From Antedon mediterranea (Eukaryota; Animalia; Echinodermata): a stretch of DNA of 64,000 bases. Positions 62,801-64,000 of the stretch are shown here, piece by piece (the first letter of the stretch is position 1; every line of letters starts with the position of its first letter). The notes beneath the pieces were generated by a model. It ran no database searches and was not told the origin of the DNA. It worked only from the letters and a program-made list of their open reading frames with translations. The translations under genes and the position numbers were made by a program. The stretch covers positions 34,274,388 through 34,338,387 of the forward strand of contig NC_092670.1 of NCBI RefSeq assembly GCF_964355755.1, given 5' to 3'.

Positions 62801-64000
62801 AAAGGTCCCAAATTCTTTTTTACAATTAAAAACACTTACCAAATACCAGACATATTTGGCTAGCCCAAAGCTGTTTGGTATTGTAAGAGTTTTGTATTAT
62901 ATATGTTTTTATAAATCAATTTAATTTAATTTTTTAATTTTATTCAACGATTAAGTTGATGGAATATTGTGAAATATAAATCATCTACAATGATCTTGCA
63001 CTAATAATAATATTTCTTTAGACTTCAAATTCTTTGCTGCTATTTTAAAATAAATATTGAAAATATTTTTGGACCAGTTAAAGGAACTGAGAGATTTTTC
63101 CTGTATATATTTTTGCTTTCTACTAATTATGATGAGGTATTTTTTACTTTAATAGTTGATAGTCAGGAGTCATCTGCAAACAAAGCTACTAGTGAAGAAA
63201 CGGCTGAACAACATCAGCCAAATGCACCTGTAGATCAGACCACACTTGTTGCCAATGAGGAAGAAGCATTTGCGCTGGAACCTCTTGATGTTACAGGTAT
63301 GTATAGTTAAATACATTGTTCAGCATTCTTCCTAAACATGTTAAAGAAATGCCATAGGGTTTGGCAACATCGCCACTCTTGATGTAATTTGTTAACCTGC
63401 CCTGTCAATGATAATAATGCGACATTTATATAGCGATATTTCGTAAAGATCAGAGCGGTTTCAATTAGGGATTATATTAAAATACGGATTAAGCTTAACT
63501 TTTTTTTCCAAGGATTCATCCTTTAGAGTAGGGTTCCCAATAGGATGCAAAGCAAAGACATAAGAGTGATGTAAGTTGACCAATAAAGATTTGACATATT
63601 ATCCAAACTATTGCTTGTGATTGGTCAACTCATTTGCATTGTCTACATTATTGTGCCCAAGTGGAAACGAATGAATTGAGGCTGGATAATGTGTTCATAG
63701 ACATTCTGTCCTCCAAATGTTTCCATTTTGAGGAAGGTTTAAAGTCAAAATTGTTATGTGAATTTTGATTTTTGATTTTTATAGGTGTTAAGGAAACAAG
63801 GCATAGAAGAAAACGAAAGTTAATTGTTGACGAAGTAAAAGAATTAGCTGGTGACATCATCAAAGCACAACTCAAGGACACGTCGGACATTGTCACCACT
63901 TTAGATTTAGCCCCACCCACCAAGAAGCTTATGTTATGGAAAGAGACAGGCGGAGCAGAGAAACTCTTTGTTCTACCTGGTAGATTACACGCTGTAGAAA
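59841..64000 (+). CDS. RAD21: Cohesin kleisin RAD21 (3'-partial)
   Basis: Exons 59841-59984, 60253-60482, 61068-61180, 61861-62073, 62557-62715, 63156-63296, 63785->64000. [107 protein letters not shown]. Confidence 0.97.

Noticed and set aside
63648-63923. 91-aa minus-strand ORF
   Set aside because: Antisense to a RAD21 exon.

Overview
AT-rich, intron-rich eukaryotic DNA from an animal genome, probably a marine invertebrate (inference from the Deu-type SINE and repeat landscape; species not determinable). I could splice these genes by eye with GT-AG junctions and consistent phases: (1) a Harbinger-type Myb/SANT (MSANTD-like) gene on the minus strand, running off the left edge, whose last exon encodes a ~38x hexapeptide T-S-T-P repeat; (2) an intronless type I membrane Ig-like receptor ORF whose ITAM-containing tail lies just beyond an in-frame TAA; (3) DNALI1 (axonemal dynein light intermediate chain p28, 6 exons), with a tandemly duplicated, probably bidirectional promoter; (4) an 11-exon, ~596 aa coiled-coil gene resembling fungal Bfr1 / plant PPI1, with two candidate first exons; (5) a single-pass PY-motif membrane protein exon; (6) the 5' part of RAD21. 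Intergenic and intronic DNA is dense with nested non-autonomous DNA transposons (Kolobok-like TTAA elements, Harbinger MITEs, hAT-like, foldback, Helitron/Crypton-like), SINEs (including a 5S+tRNA chimera), an L1/Tx1 fragment and minisatellites. No CRISPR or prokaryotic features. All family assignments are from memory of the families, not database searches.
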